DNA of 64,000 nucleotides from Mustelus asterias (lineage: Eukaryota). The position numbers and the translations under genes are program-made. Location of the stretch: positions 77,996,001 through 78,060,000 of the forward strand of contig NC_135806.1 of assembly GCF_964213995.1 (NCBI RefSeq). Reading direction: 5' to 3'. The notes beneath the pieces are model-generated. The model had not been told where the DNA came from. It ran no database searches and worked only from the letters and a program-made list of their open reading frames with translations. Numbering within the stretch: position 1 is the stretch's first letter; each line of letters begins with the position of its first letter. Below are positions 37,308 through 50,985 of this stretch, one piece after another.

Positions 37308-38141
37308 CTTAACATGTGATCAAAATCATTAGTAAGCAAAAGAGTTCAGAAATGTTTTTTGGAATAATCCATTTTCACAAAGATTAAGCTCCCCCAATGT
37401 TTCGCTTACAAGAGCCACTGCCTTTAACAACACTAAAAAAGATAATTCAGCCCTTAAACCTCTGCCAATATAAACCAAAAGTTTCAATTTACATATATGA
37501 AATACTTAATATATTACATGTGTGAAATACTTAGGAAGCCACATAATGCTTGCTGGCTCATCAGGCTGGTAGTATCCTGAGCAATCTCACCAAAAATTAT
37601 ATTTCTAAGTGAATCAAAAGTCTTTGTTACGTTTATAACAGGATCATCTCATTTGTTAAACATTTGGGTCTCAACTGGATAAAAAATATGATCTTCGGAA
37701 ATGAATTCCAATTGAAACTACATTAAAGCATATAAAAGAAACAGGAAATCAAATAAAATATTGGAGTAAAACATAGATATAATAGATAGGTTTTTGGTGT
37801 CACTCTGTGAGCTGTAAAAGAAAAGGTCCAACCTAGTCTTTGTGTGGATCGATGATTTTTTATATAGTAGTTCTGCTCTTGCAACCCATTGCTGAGGTAA
37901 TGGTGTGGTTAACGATTAATAAATAAGCACACTATTTCTGAACTTATGTGGAGTATGTTTACCACAAAATGGTTTCCTAGACTTATGCTAAAATTATACA
38001 AGTTTTGTTGATATAATTAACATTTGAAAAAAATAGTTTGTGTCTAAAATATAACTTTTTGCATGCATTTTAATGGATGTAGCATGAACAAATTAGTGGC
38101 GAACAAAATATTTCAACAGATTTCTCCTATATGAACAAGAG

Positions 38142-38460
38142 ACGGCACGGTGGCAGTGGTTAGCACTGCTGCCTCACAGCGCCAGAGACCAGGGTTTGAT
38201 TCCCAGCTTGGGTCACTGTCTGTGTGGAGTTTGCACGTTTTTCCCGTGTCTGTGTGGGTTTCCTCCTGGTGCTCCGGTTTCCTCCCACAGTCCAAAGATG
38301 TGCGGGTTAGATGGATTGGCCATGCTAAATTGTCCCTTAGTGTCAGGGGGACTAGCTAGGGTAAATGTATGGGGTTATGGGGATGGGGTCTGGGTGGGAT
38401 TGTGGTTGGTGCAGACTCGATGGGCTGAATGGCCACCTCCTGCAAAGTAGGATTCTATGA
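38142..38460 (+). mobile_element. HE1-type V-SINE
   Basis: Head, V-domain and CR1-like tail. Confidence 0.9.
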
Positions 38461-40282
38461 GAGCAATAACCATAATTCTAAGTCCCAATTGATTTGGCAA
38501 ATTTATCTACTTAAAAATACATAATGCAGTATTGTATCTCAATTTTGTATTGGATGAATGAATGAACTGACTTTTTAAACTTTTTATCAGCAGTTTTCAA
38601 CTTAAAGCCAAATCTAAATACAGTCATAATGTATCAGTGGGCACTTGCCTATTGAACAAAATTTATCAGGTTATGGACAATAAATTGTCTAAATGTGTAC
38701 TTTAATATACCTCATAAACTATGCATCATTTCTTTTATAATGGAAAAATAACTTGCAGCTTACCAAATGCATTGAAAAAGTTATAGCTTACTAACAGACG
38801 AGTAACTTAGTAACTTTATACAAGGAATCCATTGTGTTTTTTAGATCCACAGTGCACAAGAACTATGGTTCATAGGGCTGTGCTTTTATGTTGGTTTTAT
38901 TTACTTGTGAAATTCTTTCCAAGTGATATTGAAAAATGGATGCCAGATGTTTCCCAGCTGTTTTCTAATGACAGGAACCATTAAAGACCTTGATGCAGAC
39001 AAATCCTGTCCAGGGTTTATGAAAACAATCCGTTGCAAAGGCAGGTCTAGACCTTTAAAAGCTGCCAACATTTTGAACTTTCTATTATGCTAGCATTGTT
39101 CTTTACCCTACCATATACAAACTGTTCAAAGAAAATCTTTGAAACGTCTTCTGTAGTAAAATAGTTAAGAAACAATGGTCCAGTACAAAACTGGTTTTTG
39201 AAAACTTATTTATTTATTCATTCAGCCGTGGGACATGGGCATCTCTGGCTAGCCAAAATGTATTGCTCAGTCCTAGTTACCCTTAAAGTGGTGGTGGTGA
39301 GCTGCCTTCTTGAAATGCCGCAGTCTGGTTTGACCCACAATGCCATTAGGGAGGGAATTCCAGGATTTTGACCCAGCGACTGCAAAGGCTTTGATGGCTA
39401 GGCCAGGATTTATTGACCATTCTTAATTGCCCTTGAGAAGGTGGCGGTGAACTGTCTGTCGTCTTGAATTGCTACAGTTCATGCGGTGTAGGTACTCGGG
39501 ATGGTGAGTGACATGGAGGTGAATTCCAGGTGGTAGTGTTCCCATGTGTCTGCTGCTCTTGCCCTTCTAGATGATAGTGGTCAAAGGTTTGGAAGGTGCT
39601 GTCCAGGGAACATTGGTGAGTTCCTACCATGCATCTTGTAGATGGCATACACTGTTGCTACTGCTACTAATATTTCCCAGATTAATAAGTGCGACAGGTT
39701 TTATTTATTAAGATGGTATTTTATAAGAAAAGTGGTTAGTCATAGTCAAGAAATAGGACCAATATGACAAAGTTAACCGGGTAAATTGGCTACATCACTT
39801 TGCTTCCATATTCTACTATTCTTAACTGAGCATATAAACAATAACTGAAAACATCAAAACATCTAAAAGATCCCTTTCCTTTCCACCTCAAGAGGACTCT
39901 ATCTCAGTTTCTGCATAACACTAGGGGCAGGATTTAATGGTCCTTCATGGGTGGGTTTGCAAGTTGTTGGGGGGGAGGCATAAAATACTGAGAGTGCTTT
40001 TCCCACTGCCCACTTGCCCACCTCAATCTAACCATGATTTAGGAGACAGTGGGCAAGTCCTCGGGCTGCCCGCCCACCTTTGTGCCAATTGAGGCCTTTA
40101 AGTGGCCAATTAATAACCACTCAAGGGCCACTTCCCACCCAGTTGTAATTTTCGTGGCCAAGAGGTGGAGGGTAGTGATAGGTGGGAAGCCTGACAGGTT
40201 GGAACTTGGATGGGAATGAGGGTGTGTCTCCTTCAAGGGTCCCCTTTTCCAATCACCTCCAATGGGCTGTGTTTCTAGACTC

Positions 40283-40349
40283 ATGATGTGGAGATGCCGG
40301 CGTTGGACTGGGGTAAACACAGTAAGAAGTCTAACAACACCAGGTTAAA
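40283..40349 (-). mobile_element. Terminal fragment of the Penelope pLTR family
   Basis: Matches 7408-7473 and 18565-18630. Confidence 0.75.
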
Positions 40350-40933
40350 GGAGGGATCATAATTAATGAACAGGCTTGATTTCAATCCTGTGGTCCACTG
40401 CAACCTAGGTTGTCCATTACTGGTCTACATTTTACATGCAATTTTATATCTAACTTCTTTATATGTAACTAAAACCAATGAAAAGACTAGCTTTCAATAA
40501 TTCTTCTATTTTAATTGATTAACCATTGTCAGCTAGCCAAAGTATTGTAGAAAAGAACACCAATAATACGTTAAAATATTTTGCATTGGGCAGGTGTGTC
40601 ATTGCACAAATGTCTTTAAGTACATGAATTAAAATAACCATTAAACCACTTTGTTTTATCACGAGAAAAGGCCACTCAAGTATCTAATCCCCAATATATC
40701 TTCACATAAGCTCTAAATGTCTTCCAAAATGCCATGCAATGTGGATAATGTTGATCATTGAGAATGTGCATGATGATGTCCTACCAGAAGTTTCAACGAC
40801 ACAGAGTTTTGCAACTAAAGCTGGGATTTTCCAGCCTACCCACAGCGGGTTTTCCGATGATGAAGGTGGCTTGCCATTGGTTGCTGGTGGGATCTTCTGG
40901 TCCCACCAGCTTTATAAGTCAATGGCCATTGAT

Positions 40934-41221
40934 GGATGGAGCTATTACAAGGGGGCATAACTATAGGGTTCATGGTGGGAGATATAGGAAGGATATCAGA
41001 GGTAGGTTCTTTACGCAGAGAGTGGTTGGGGTGTGGAATGGACTGCCTGCAGTGATAGTGGAGTCAGACACTTTAGGAACATTTAAGCGGTTATTGGATA
41101 GGCACATGGAGCACACCAGGATGATAGGGAGTGGGATAGCTTGATCTTGGTTTCAGATAAAGCTCGGCACAACATCGTGGGCCGAAGGGCCTGTTCTGTG
41201 CTGTACTGTTCTATGTTCTAT
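40934..41221 (+). mobile_element. Short 3' fragment of the young CR1 family, inserted in a MITE-like element (~40820-41287)
   Basis: Near-identical to the 3' end of 29201-31351 (..DGAITRGHNYRV..RMIGSGIA*). Confidence 0.9.
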
Positions 41222-43974
41222 TTCTGTTGATTACCGGCTGCACCATTGGAAGATCCTACTGGTGGGAAGGGCAGAAAAATCCACTCTAAGAGGTTCTACA
41301 AGTGAGTTAAGGTAATCCTGCTGGCAAACTTAACTAGCAAAATAAATTTCTTCATTAATACAATATTTTGCATTTTCCCTCATTTATTTTAAGGTGATGC
41401 ACCACAGCCTAGTCAATAATGAGTTAGAAAAGCTACTTACACAGATATTACTGGTTACAGTTGAGTGACCTTCCTGGTGATTTTAGTATCATCCAACCAG
41501 AAAAGATGGAAATATATTTTAGTAGCACAATTATTAAGCCAAGCTAAGTGAGTGCATTAGAAAAGATAGCATCTTTAATAAACATATACAGTAAAAGGAA
41601 TAATAGTCAAAAGGGAGGGCAACTAAAGATCATTAAGAAAATCTTCTGGTTGAGACAGAGGACAGGTTTTTTTTCATTTACTGGATGTGGGCATCGCTGG
41701 CTAGGTCAGCATTTATTGCCCATCCCTAGCTGCTCTTCAGAAGGAGATGGTGAGCTGCCTTCTTGAACTGCTGCAGTCCCTGAGGTGTAGGTATACCCAC
41801 AGTGCTGTTAGGCAGGGAATTCAAGGATTTTAACCCAGTGACATTGAAGGAACAGCGATATATTTCATGTCAGGATAGTGAGTGACTTGGAGGGAACCTC
41901 CAGGTGGTGGTGTTCTTAGGTATCTGCTGCCCTTCCTTCTAGATGGTGTTGGTCATGGGGATAATAATAGTTAGGATAATAAGGACTTTGCATCTATCTT
42001 CATAAAGGAAGAGGATGCTGCCAATATAACTGTAAAAGAGGAGAGAGAGTAGAAAATTGGAAAAATAAATAAATAGATAAAGAAGGTATTTATAAAGTCA
42101 GCAGCTCTCAAAGTAGAAAGGTCACCCAGTCCAGATGGGGTCTGGTTGCTGAGGGAAGCAAGAGAAGAAATAGCAATGGCTCTCAATACAATGTTTCATA
42201 CCTTCTTAGATACAGGAATGGTGCCAAAGAATTGGAGGGTTGCAAATTTCCAGTCATGTACAAAATTCTACTGGCAATATCACGAGTTGTGCTGGCATTT
42301 TCTAATGGGACACCAATTCAAAATTGGCCTTCATTTCCCAGTTCTACTAGAGCTCCCTTTTGTGAATGGAGGGTTAAATCTGGTATCTGTAGGTCTGATA
42401 TCCCAATGTCGGTGTGGGGAAACTTTTGAAGACAATAATCTGGTACATAATTAATTGGCATTTGAAAGAAATGAAATCTAGCAGATTTGTAAAAGGCAAA
42501 TCATATCTGACAAACTTGATTGAGTCTTCAGTGAAGTCATGGGGAAGATTGATGAGGATACTGTGGTTGATGTGTGTGTGAACTTTAAAAAGAGGTTCGA
42601 TAAAATGCCACATAATAGACCTCGTTAGCGAGATCGAATCTTCTGGCATTCAAGGGTCAGTGGCAGTTTATCTACAAAATTGGCTCTGAGACAGAAAGCA
42701 GAAAGTAGTGATAAACAGTTGTTTTTCAGACTGGAGGGAGCTATTCAGTGGTATTCCACAGTGGTTGACGCCAATGCTGCAAATCTTTTTGATAGACATT
42801 AATTAACTGAATGTGGGGAATAAAAGACATAATTTCAAAGTAAAGATAGACGGGAAATGAGATTTGATGAATGCAAATGTTTTTGAAGGAAGAATGAGAA
42901 GCAAAATAATTTCCTCTACTTAAAGTGGCCATGCTCGCAAAAATGCGAACTGCTGCTATATGCAATTGCTGGTATAATGTTTGACAGACTTTTTTGGTGA
43001 GCATTACTGTCATACACTGAAGAGCCATGAAATTAAAACTGATATACCTATAACAAAATGAGAAAATGCAAAAGATAAAACATTTCTGTAGGAGTGCACA
43101 GCTGACCAATCTTGGAGGTTCTGTATTTCATGCATGTTAGGAAAATTCACTTTGTCATTTTTATCTGTATATGTAGCTCACCTGCTTTAATGCTGATTGA
43201 AAGAACTATTAAAATGATCATTGAGCAACTAACAATCCTGTTCAAGTTTGACCTAACATCATAATAGTAGCTAGTGTCAGTCCAGTGAGCTGATTCTTGC
43301 CTGGTTGAGCAAACTAGTGAGCAAGCACGACTACTCTGAACAAATGGAATGTTTGAAATTGATGTTAATGTTGTTTTTGAAGGATATAAGTGATTGTCAA
43401 TTTTAAATATGGATACTTTTATGGTGGGAACTGTAAAAACAAACTGATATAATTTTAAAACAGTGCAGGAACAGAAAGACATATTTCACATACCCAAATC
43501 CTTGAAGCAGGGAGGAGAAGTTATCAGGTTGTTAAAAATAGTCAAAGGGATCAATAAAAGCGTACCGTACAAAAGCAAGAAGGTTGTGCTAAAGCTTTAT
43601 GCTGGAGCTTTTGTGTCCAATTCTCGGCATCATGCCTTAGGAATCAAATCAAGGTTTTGTAATGGGCCAAAGTAGATTGACCAGAATGGCATCAGGGATG
43701 GGGGACGTCTGGCTATTTGACAAAACAAAGGAAGCTGTGATTGTTTTCATTTTCGTTTGAGCAGAGGGAGGCTAAGAAAGAGAGGAGTTTGACATTATGA
43801 ACTGCTTTGATAGAGTTGAAACAGTTTCTACTGGAAGGAAGGTGTGTAGCCAGAGAATACAGACAGTAGATCATTGGCAAAAGAACCAGGAGGAGAGGAG
43901 TTTTTCTTTAATGCAGTGAGATTTTATGTTCTGGAATCCTGCGTCTAAAATAGTGGTGGATGCAATTTATTTAA

Positions 43975-44995
43975 AAATTCTTTGATGGAATATGGGTGTC
44001 GCTGGCTAAGCCAGCATTCATTGCTCATCCCTAATTCCCATTGAGAAGGTGGTGGTGACCTGCCTTTTTGAACTGCTGCAGTAGTAGGCACACCCACAGT
44101 ATTGTTGGAAAGTGAATTGCAAAATTTTGAGCCAGTGACAGTGAAGGAACAGTGATATACTTCCAAGTCAGGATGGTGTGTGGTTTGGAAGGAAATTTGC
44201 CTGGATGTTGGTATTCCCATGCATCTGCTCCCTTTGTCCTTCTAGGTGGTAGAGGTCACAGGTTTGGAAGATGCTGTCAAATGAGTCTTGGTGAGTTGCT
44301 GCAGTGAATCTTGTTGATGGTACACACTGCTGCCGCTGTATGCCGGTGGTGGAGAGATTGAATGTTGAAAGTGGTGGATGGAGTACCAATCAAATGGCTT
44401 CTTTGTCTTGGATGATGTTGAAACTCTCGAGTGTTGTTGGAACTGCACTCATCCAGATAAATGGAGAGTTTTCCATCACATTCCTGACTTGTGCCTTGGA
44501 GATGGTGGGCAAGCTTTGGGGAGTGAGGAGATAAGTTGCTCACTGCAAGATTCCCAGCCTCTGTCCTTCCCTTGTAGCCACAATATTTATACAGCTTGTC
44601 CAGTTCAGTTTCTGATTAATAATAAGCCTCAGGATGTCAATGGTGAGAGATCCAGCAATGTCATTGAATGTCAAGGGGAGATAGCTGAATTCTCTCTTGT
44701 TGGAGATGATCAGTGTGTGGTACTTGTATGTCGTGAATGTAATTTGCTATTTATCAACCCAAGCCCAAATGACTGAGCTCTGTTACACATGGGCACAAAC
44801 GGCTTCAGTAGCTGAGGAGTTGTGGAGGGAACAAACACTGTAAATATTAGCGAATATCACACTTCTGACCTTATGATGGAGGGAAGGTCATTGATGAAGT
44901 AACTGGACTTGGTTGGGCTGAGGACACAACACAGAGGAACTCCTGCAGCAATGTCCTAGGACTGAGATGATTTATCTCCAACAACCACAATCAAA
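43975..44995 (-). mobile_element. Decayed 3' part of a CR1/L2-group LINE distinct from the main CR1 families
   Basis: RT C-terminal remnant (YK.QVR.VME.SP..WMSA.PTTL-like) followed by the GGGATG.GCAAT tail family. Confidence 0.7.
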
Positions 44996-45441
44996 TTCAG
45001 TCTTAACTTTGAAAAGGAAAACAATTGTAGAACTATGCAGAAGGAGATGGGCTGACTAGAGACCTCTTCCAAGGAGATATGGCCTCCCTACTTCTGTGAT
45101 ATGATTCTATGATTCCATGAATCAAATCAACTATTAGCATTGCATGCTGCAATGCATTTTGGCAGCACAGTCCACAATTATCTGAGCGAATTCGCTAAGA
45201 TCATTGTGGACTAGGCCTCTCTCTACTCAACACTGCTAGTGGTTAGGTGGATTGGCTATGCTGAAATTGCCCATTAGTATCCCAAGATGTGTAGGTTAAA
45301 TGAATTATGAAATGGGAAATGTGTGACGTTATGGGGATAGGGTGGGGAAGAGGGCCTGGGTAAGATACTCTGTCAGAAAGTTGGTGCAGACCTGATGGTC
45401 TGTATGGCCTCTTCTGCACTGTAGACTGTAGGGATTCTTTA

Positions 45442-46285
45442 GGGCAATCCTACCTTCTCGTCCCACCGGTTGATTGGCAGAGCAAGCCGGTAAGATCACG
45501 AGAGAGGCAAATAAATAAGGTTTGCGCCTGATTTCTCACCTCGCGTGTTATTACCAGCACTGGATATCCGATGAGATCAGCCTCACAACCAAAATGTGGA
45601 GGGGGGGCTGGGGGAGGGGGGAAAGATGGACAATCGACTGGGTCGGGAGGACAAGCGATTGGCCGGTCCATACAGCGGGGGGAGTATTGGCTATGGAGGC
45701 CAGCATTAGTTTTGGCGGGGCGGGGCGGGGGGGGTGTGTGGATAGTGACAGATCTCTCTGTTCTGTGCAATGCGCAATCTGCTGTGAACTGCTGGCTTTC
45801 ACGGAGCTTAGGCCTCATCCCCTCCCCCTACTGGCGGGAAACAGGTTTAACAATATTTAAAGCTTATTTATTAGTCATAAGTAAGCTTACATTAACACTG
45901 CAACGACGTTACGGTGACAATCCCCTAGTTGCCACACTCCGACACCTGTTCTGTACATTGAGAGAGAATTTAGCATGGTCAATCCACCTAACCTGCACAT
46001 CTTTGGACTGTGGGAGGAAACTGGAGCACCTGGAGGAAACCCACGCAGACATGGGGGAACGTGCAGTTCAAGAAGGCAGGTCACAGAGTCACTCAAACCG
46101 GGAATTGAACCTGGGTCCTTGGCGCAGTGAGGTAACAGTGCTAGCCACTGTGACACCGTGCCGCCCTATATTTTTTGCTCAGAGTGTCGTAAGATTGGAT
46201 TTTTAACTCGCCCAAAATAATTGGTGCGATTATCTCCCATTTTCACGTTCTTTTGGCACTTTGAACTTTTTTGATAGGATCCCCC
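45442..46285. mobile_element. Harbinger-like MITE inserted in an HE1 tail and containing a V-SINE
   Basis: Ends GGGCAATCCTAC / ATAGGATCCCCC. The HE1 tail resumes after it. Confidence 0.55.
45858..46166 (-). mobile_element. V-SINE with alternative 3' tail
   Basis: HE1 head and V-domain, then the tail ..GTGTGGCAACTAGGGGATT..GTGTTAATGTAAGCTTACTTATGACTAATAAA. Confidence 0.85.
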
Positions 46286-47883
46286 TATGATTCTACGCAT
46301 TTCCAAACATTCAATACATAATCAAAATTACATGTGAAAGCAGAAGCTCTCTCCTTTAGCATTCAAAAGCCTGATTTTCAAGCAACAGCAGCAATCGGGT
46401 AGAAACAATTAGGAATATAGAGAGAAGACCAAAAAAGGCAGTGTCAAGAGCAGTGATTTGGGTTGGGAAAGGATAGCACCATTATTTACAATGGAAAGAG
46501 AGAGACAGATAATATTAAAGTTAGGAAGTGGTGAAAAACAGCACCCAAAAGGGATGAGGAGGACTGAGTGACAGGGAAGAGAACAGGAGCACTTGCTTGA
46601 CAGAAAACATGTGACAGTTAAACTGAGGGGACTGAGGGGGGTGCAGGAAGGTGGACAGGGTTCAAATTACACATGAGCAATGGGCAAATTTGCTCCAGAA
46701 AGTCTCCCAAAAAGGCCAAGACAAATTCAATCATTGAGCAACTAATGAGAATAAGGTAAACCCCTCCCCCCATTCTGTACTAGTGAGAGACAGAATCCGT
46801 AAGGAGCTGCTCCTCCAATGGCAGAGGAAATAGGGTGAAGAGCATCAGTGTGGAATGGGAGATATAACAGAGGGTGATGAGTTGGATGGGAGCATTGTAC
46901 CTGTGAACTAGGTTGAAGGAATTAGAGTAATTGGGTTATGAGAGGAGTAGTGGTATGGGGAAAACATATTGATCATAGGAAAGTGGCTTTTGAGGCAACT
47001 GGTAACTTTTTGTAGGCTAGTTGAAAATACAAATTTCCTTTCTTTTTAAAAAATTTATTTAAAAGCCTATTGACCTGTTAAGTGCCCTGGATGCAAAAAG
47101 GGTGCACAAGCATGCAATACATCAAGCAGGCATAGGCAAGCACATTCCCTGCCAAAATTACACTCTCCATCATTCTGGTAAAGGCTGAAGTATACGTGTC
47201 TCGGGCCCAAGCCTGAAACAACCATTGAGCTCTTTTCCTACGGGAGGTGTTTATGGGGTGATGCGTGTGCAGAGGCGAGGGTCTAATCACTCCTTCAGGA
47301 TCCCTTCTTGATAATAGCTGTGTCGAACGCAGCCAGCACTGCCGCATTCAGGATAACCAAGCCTACGCACAACCTTAAAAGGACCATTCGAGGCTGCCAC
47401 TGAAAAAGTAACTTTATTTTTAAAAAATGATTGTGGAACGAGGCAGAGTGCTCTTTTAGATTCCGCAGCAGTCATGAAGACCATTGCTGATCTCTTACAA
47501 ATAACTCCTTCACTTCAGAGACCAGCGAAGAATTAGCCCAAAATTTAAATATCATTCCAATGCAGGAGGCAGTATCCTTAGCTCAGTGGAATGATTTAAA
47601 TGAGGCCCCAGATTGTGTGCGCCTCAGGTCTAAACTGTGCCGAGTTTGTACCAGCAGACTGGCACTACTTTCAATCCCTTTGTCTCTTATTTTCTGTTGT
47701 CTTCGTAAACACTCAGCAGGACAGATGAATGTCTTGTGAGAATTGTAAATGCAAATATTTATGTTTGGAGCAATACATGGGATTAACATATTTTACCTGA
47801 TTAGTTTTTAATTCCAATCAACTACATGTACATAACACAAACTAGGCAAAGCCAAAAATACATAAAACGAGTATATGAAATAC

Positions 47884-47956
47884 CTATTCGGCCTTCATTT
47901 TGCAAATCAGATCTCTTGTATAGTTCAGGAAGAGCTTTTGCTGAAGAGCTTCCAAA
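47884..47956 (-). CDS. SNCAIP: Synphilin-1 second coding exon (FGSSSAKALPELYKRSDLQNEGRI + 1 nt)
   Basis: 73 nt with AG acceptor at 47958-47957 and GT donor at 47883-47882. Phase 0 to 1 fits both neighbours. Similar to human YSVTSLKTIPELCRRCDTQNEDRS. Confidence 0.9.
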
Positions 47957-49359
47957 CTAGAGAAACATAAAATGAGGAGAAAAATTAGAGAAACACATAT
48001 TGTATGCATCAACTATTTTCCCCAGCTGCAAGAGTAAATAGTCCCGCACATTGTAAGCGGAGTTTGAAGCCAGATATCCAGAATGTAGAATTTGCTTTTT
48101 CAGGTTCCATTTCAAGATCAAAAGGCAGAAATGTTCTGCAGTAAATCATATCTCAACATCACTGAAAATAAAAATATTAAACAAAACCTTTCAACATTTT
48201 GCATAATTTATCAAGAATGAGATACTTCAGGAGCAGCAGTCAAATTATCTGAATGCTGAGCCAGCAATGCCTTCCCAAGTGGATTGTCAAAAATGCTTGA
48301 AACATTGTCCACCACATTTCAAAGAGTGTTTGTCAAACTTCCAAACTATCTACAAAACTCACCTGACTTGGCTCAAGTTAGTTATGACTCTGAAATCTGT
48401 GCTCAGCATGCTCAAAACTCCCATGTTTGAATCCTTCCCAATCAAGTTTTCACCCATCACACCTGTGAAACAGTCTTTAAGGTTATAAATTACATTGTAT
48501 ATATATTCCTCTCATCCTCATCGACCTTCTTTATTCATTGATATAACAGACCACACCATCCTCCTACAAAACTTCTCCTCAGTCGTCCAGTTGGGTGGGA
48601 CTGGACTTGACCAGTTCTTTTCTTATCTACCTAGTCGGAGCCACCTTCAATGGCATACTTTCCCACTCCTGCACTGCTATCTATGGAGGGGTTGTAACCT
48701 TATCTACACATGGCCCTTTGGCAACATCATACTAAAATACATCAGGTACCACAAATTCACTAATAACACCCACACTATTTCACTACCAACACTCTTTACC
48801 TATTGACTGCCTCAGATTTCCGTTGCTATTCATCACAAGTATTGGATCAGCAGAAATTTACTCCAACAAAACATTGGATCAATTAAATTATCTTAGTCTC
48901 TGCCACAAATTCCATTGCCTAGACACCCCAGTTCTCTACCTGATCACTCTCTGAGGCCGAACAAGATCTTTCTCAATCCTACTGTCCTATTTGATGTTGA
49001 GCTGAAATATTACCCCATAGCCTCTCCATTACTAAGACTATTTACTTTTGACTCATTACCAGCCTCATTTCATCTGATATAGAAACATTCATCCATGCAT
49101 CTATTATTACCTCTAGATTCAACTGTGCTCATGTTTTAGCTAGCCTTTCACCTAGTATCCTCTGCAACTCTCAACACGGAAGTGAGAGAAAGGTAGAGAG
49201 AATGTGTGGTGTGCGGGAGAGAAACAGACGTGAGGGAGAGAGAAACATTACCTATGCAAATCAGTCACACTAAACCCATCCTCGCACCAGTGAAATTCAT
49301 AATAGAGACTGCCTTTGTCCATATTTAAGATAGAATTCTTACAATCAGAACATACTTTA

Positions 49360-49637
49360 GGGCAGCATGGTGGCACAGAGGTTAGCACTGCTGCCTCACA
49401 GCGCCAGGGACCCGGGTTCAATTCCCTGCTTCGGTCACTGTCTGTGTGGAGTTTGCACTTTCTCCCTGTGTGTGCATGGGTTTCCTCTGGGTGTTCCGGT
49501 TTCCTCCGACAGTCCAAAGATGTGCAGATTAGGTGCATTGGTCACCTGAACAGGCGCCAGTGTGTGGCTACTAGGAGATTTTCACAGTAACTTCATTGCA
49601 GTGTGAATGTAAGCTTACTTGTGACTAATAAATAAAC
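49360..49637 (+). mobile_element. V-SINE with alternative 3' tail
   Basis: Same structure as 45858-46166 and 58299-58576. Confidence 0.87.
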
Positions 49638-49801
49638 CTTTTAAAAAACTTTTAAAAATTGAGACAGAATTACATTTACATTCTTGTTGAATGATCTCCT
49701 GAATTTTTATCCTGCTTCACCTGAAGACTACAAATAACCTTGAAGTTATGTGAAATGCTGTCAGTAATCAACAAGCAGATTATTTATTCCAAAAGATATC
49801 T

Positions 49802-50985
49802 ATTAGATACATCGATGACATTTTCTTCCTTTGGACTCACGGTGAACAATCACTGAAACAACTATATGATGACATCAATAAGCTCCATCGCACCATCAGA
49901 CTCACCATGGACTACTCTCCAAAATCGGTTGCATTCTTGGACACACGCATCTCCATCAAGGACGGTCACCTCAGCACTTCACTCTTCTGCAAGCCCACGG
50001 ATAACCTCATGATGCTCCACTTCTCCAGCTTCCATCCTAAACACGTTAAAGAAGCCATCCCCGACGGACAAGCCCTCCGTATACACAGGATCTGCTCAGA
50101 TGCGGAGGATCGCAACTGACACCTACAGACGCTGAAAGGCGCCCTTGTAAGAACAGGATATGGCGTTCGACTCATCGATCAACAGTTCCGACGTGCCACA
50201 GCGAAAAACTGCACCGACCTCCTCAGAAGACAAACACGGGACACGGCAGACAAAGTACCCTTCGTCGTCCAGTACTTCCCTGGAGCGGAGAAGCTACGAC
50301 ATCTTCTCCGGAGCCTTCACATGTCATCGGTGAAGACGAACATCTCGACAAGGCCATCCCCACATCACCACTACTTGCCTTCAAACAACCGCTCAACCTC
50401 AAACAGACCATTGTCTGCAGCAAACTATCCAGCCTTCAGGAGAACAGTGACCACAACACCACACAACCCTGCCATAGCAACCTCTGCAAGATGTGCCGGA
50501 TCATCGAAACGGATGCCATCATCTCACATGAGAACACCATCCACCAGGTACACGGTACATATTCTTGCAACTCGGCCAATGTTGTCTATCTGATACGCTG
50601 CAGGAAAGGATGTCCTGAGGCATGGTACATTGGCGAGACCATGCAGACGCTACGACATTGGATGAATGGACACCACTTGACAATCACCAGGCAGGAGTGT
50701 TCCCTTCCTGTTGGGGAACACTTCAGTAGTCAAGGGCGTTCAGCCTCTGATCTTCGGGTAAGCGTTTCCAAGGCGGCCTTCAAGACGCACAACAACGCAG
50801 AATCGCCAAGCAGAAACTGATAGCCAAGTTCCGCACACATGAGGACGGCCTCAACTGGGATCTTGGGTTCATGTCACACTATCTGTAACCCCCACAGATT
50901 GCCTCGGCTTGCAAAATCTCACTAACTGTCCTGGCTTGAGACAATTCACACCTCTTTAACCTGTACTTAACCCTCTCTCCACTTG
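49802..50985 (+). mobile_element. Penelope-like element fragment (RT C-terminal half, Cys-rich linker, GIY-YIG endonuclease, start of pLTR), Neptune-like
   Basis: RYIDDIF, FLDTRI, CKPTD, HPKH, PCHSNLCKMCR and NVVYLIRC..WYIGET..R..GH motifs, ending GLNWDLGF. Frameshifts and stops present. Confidence 0.92.
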
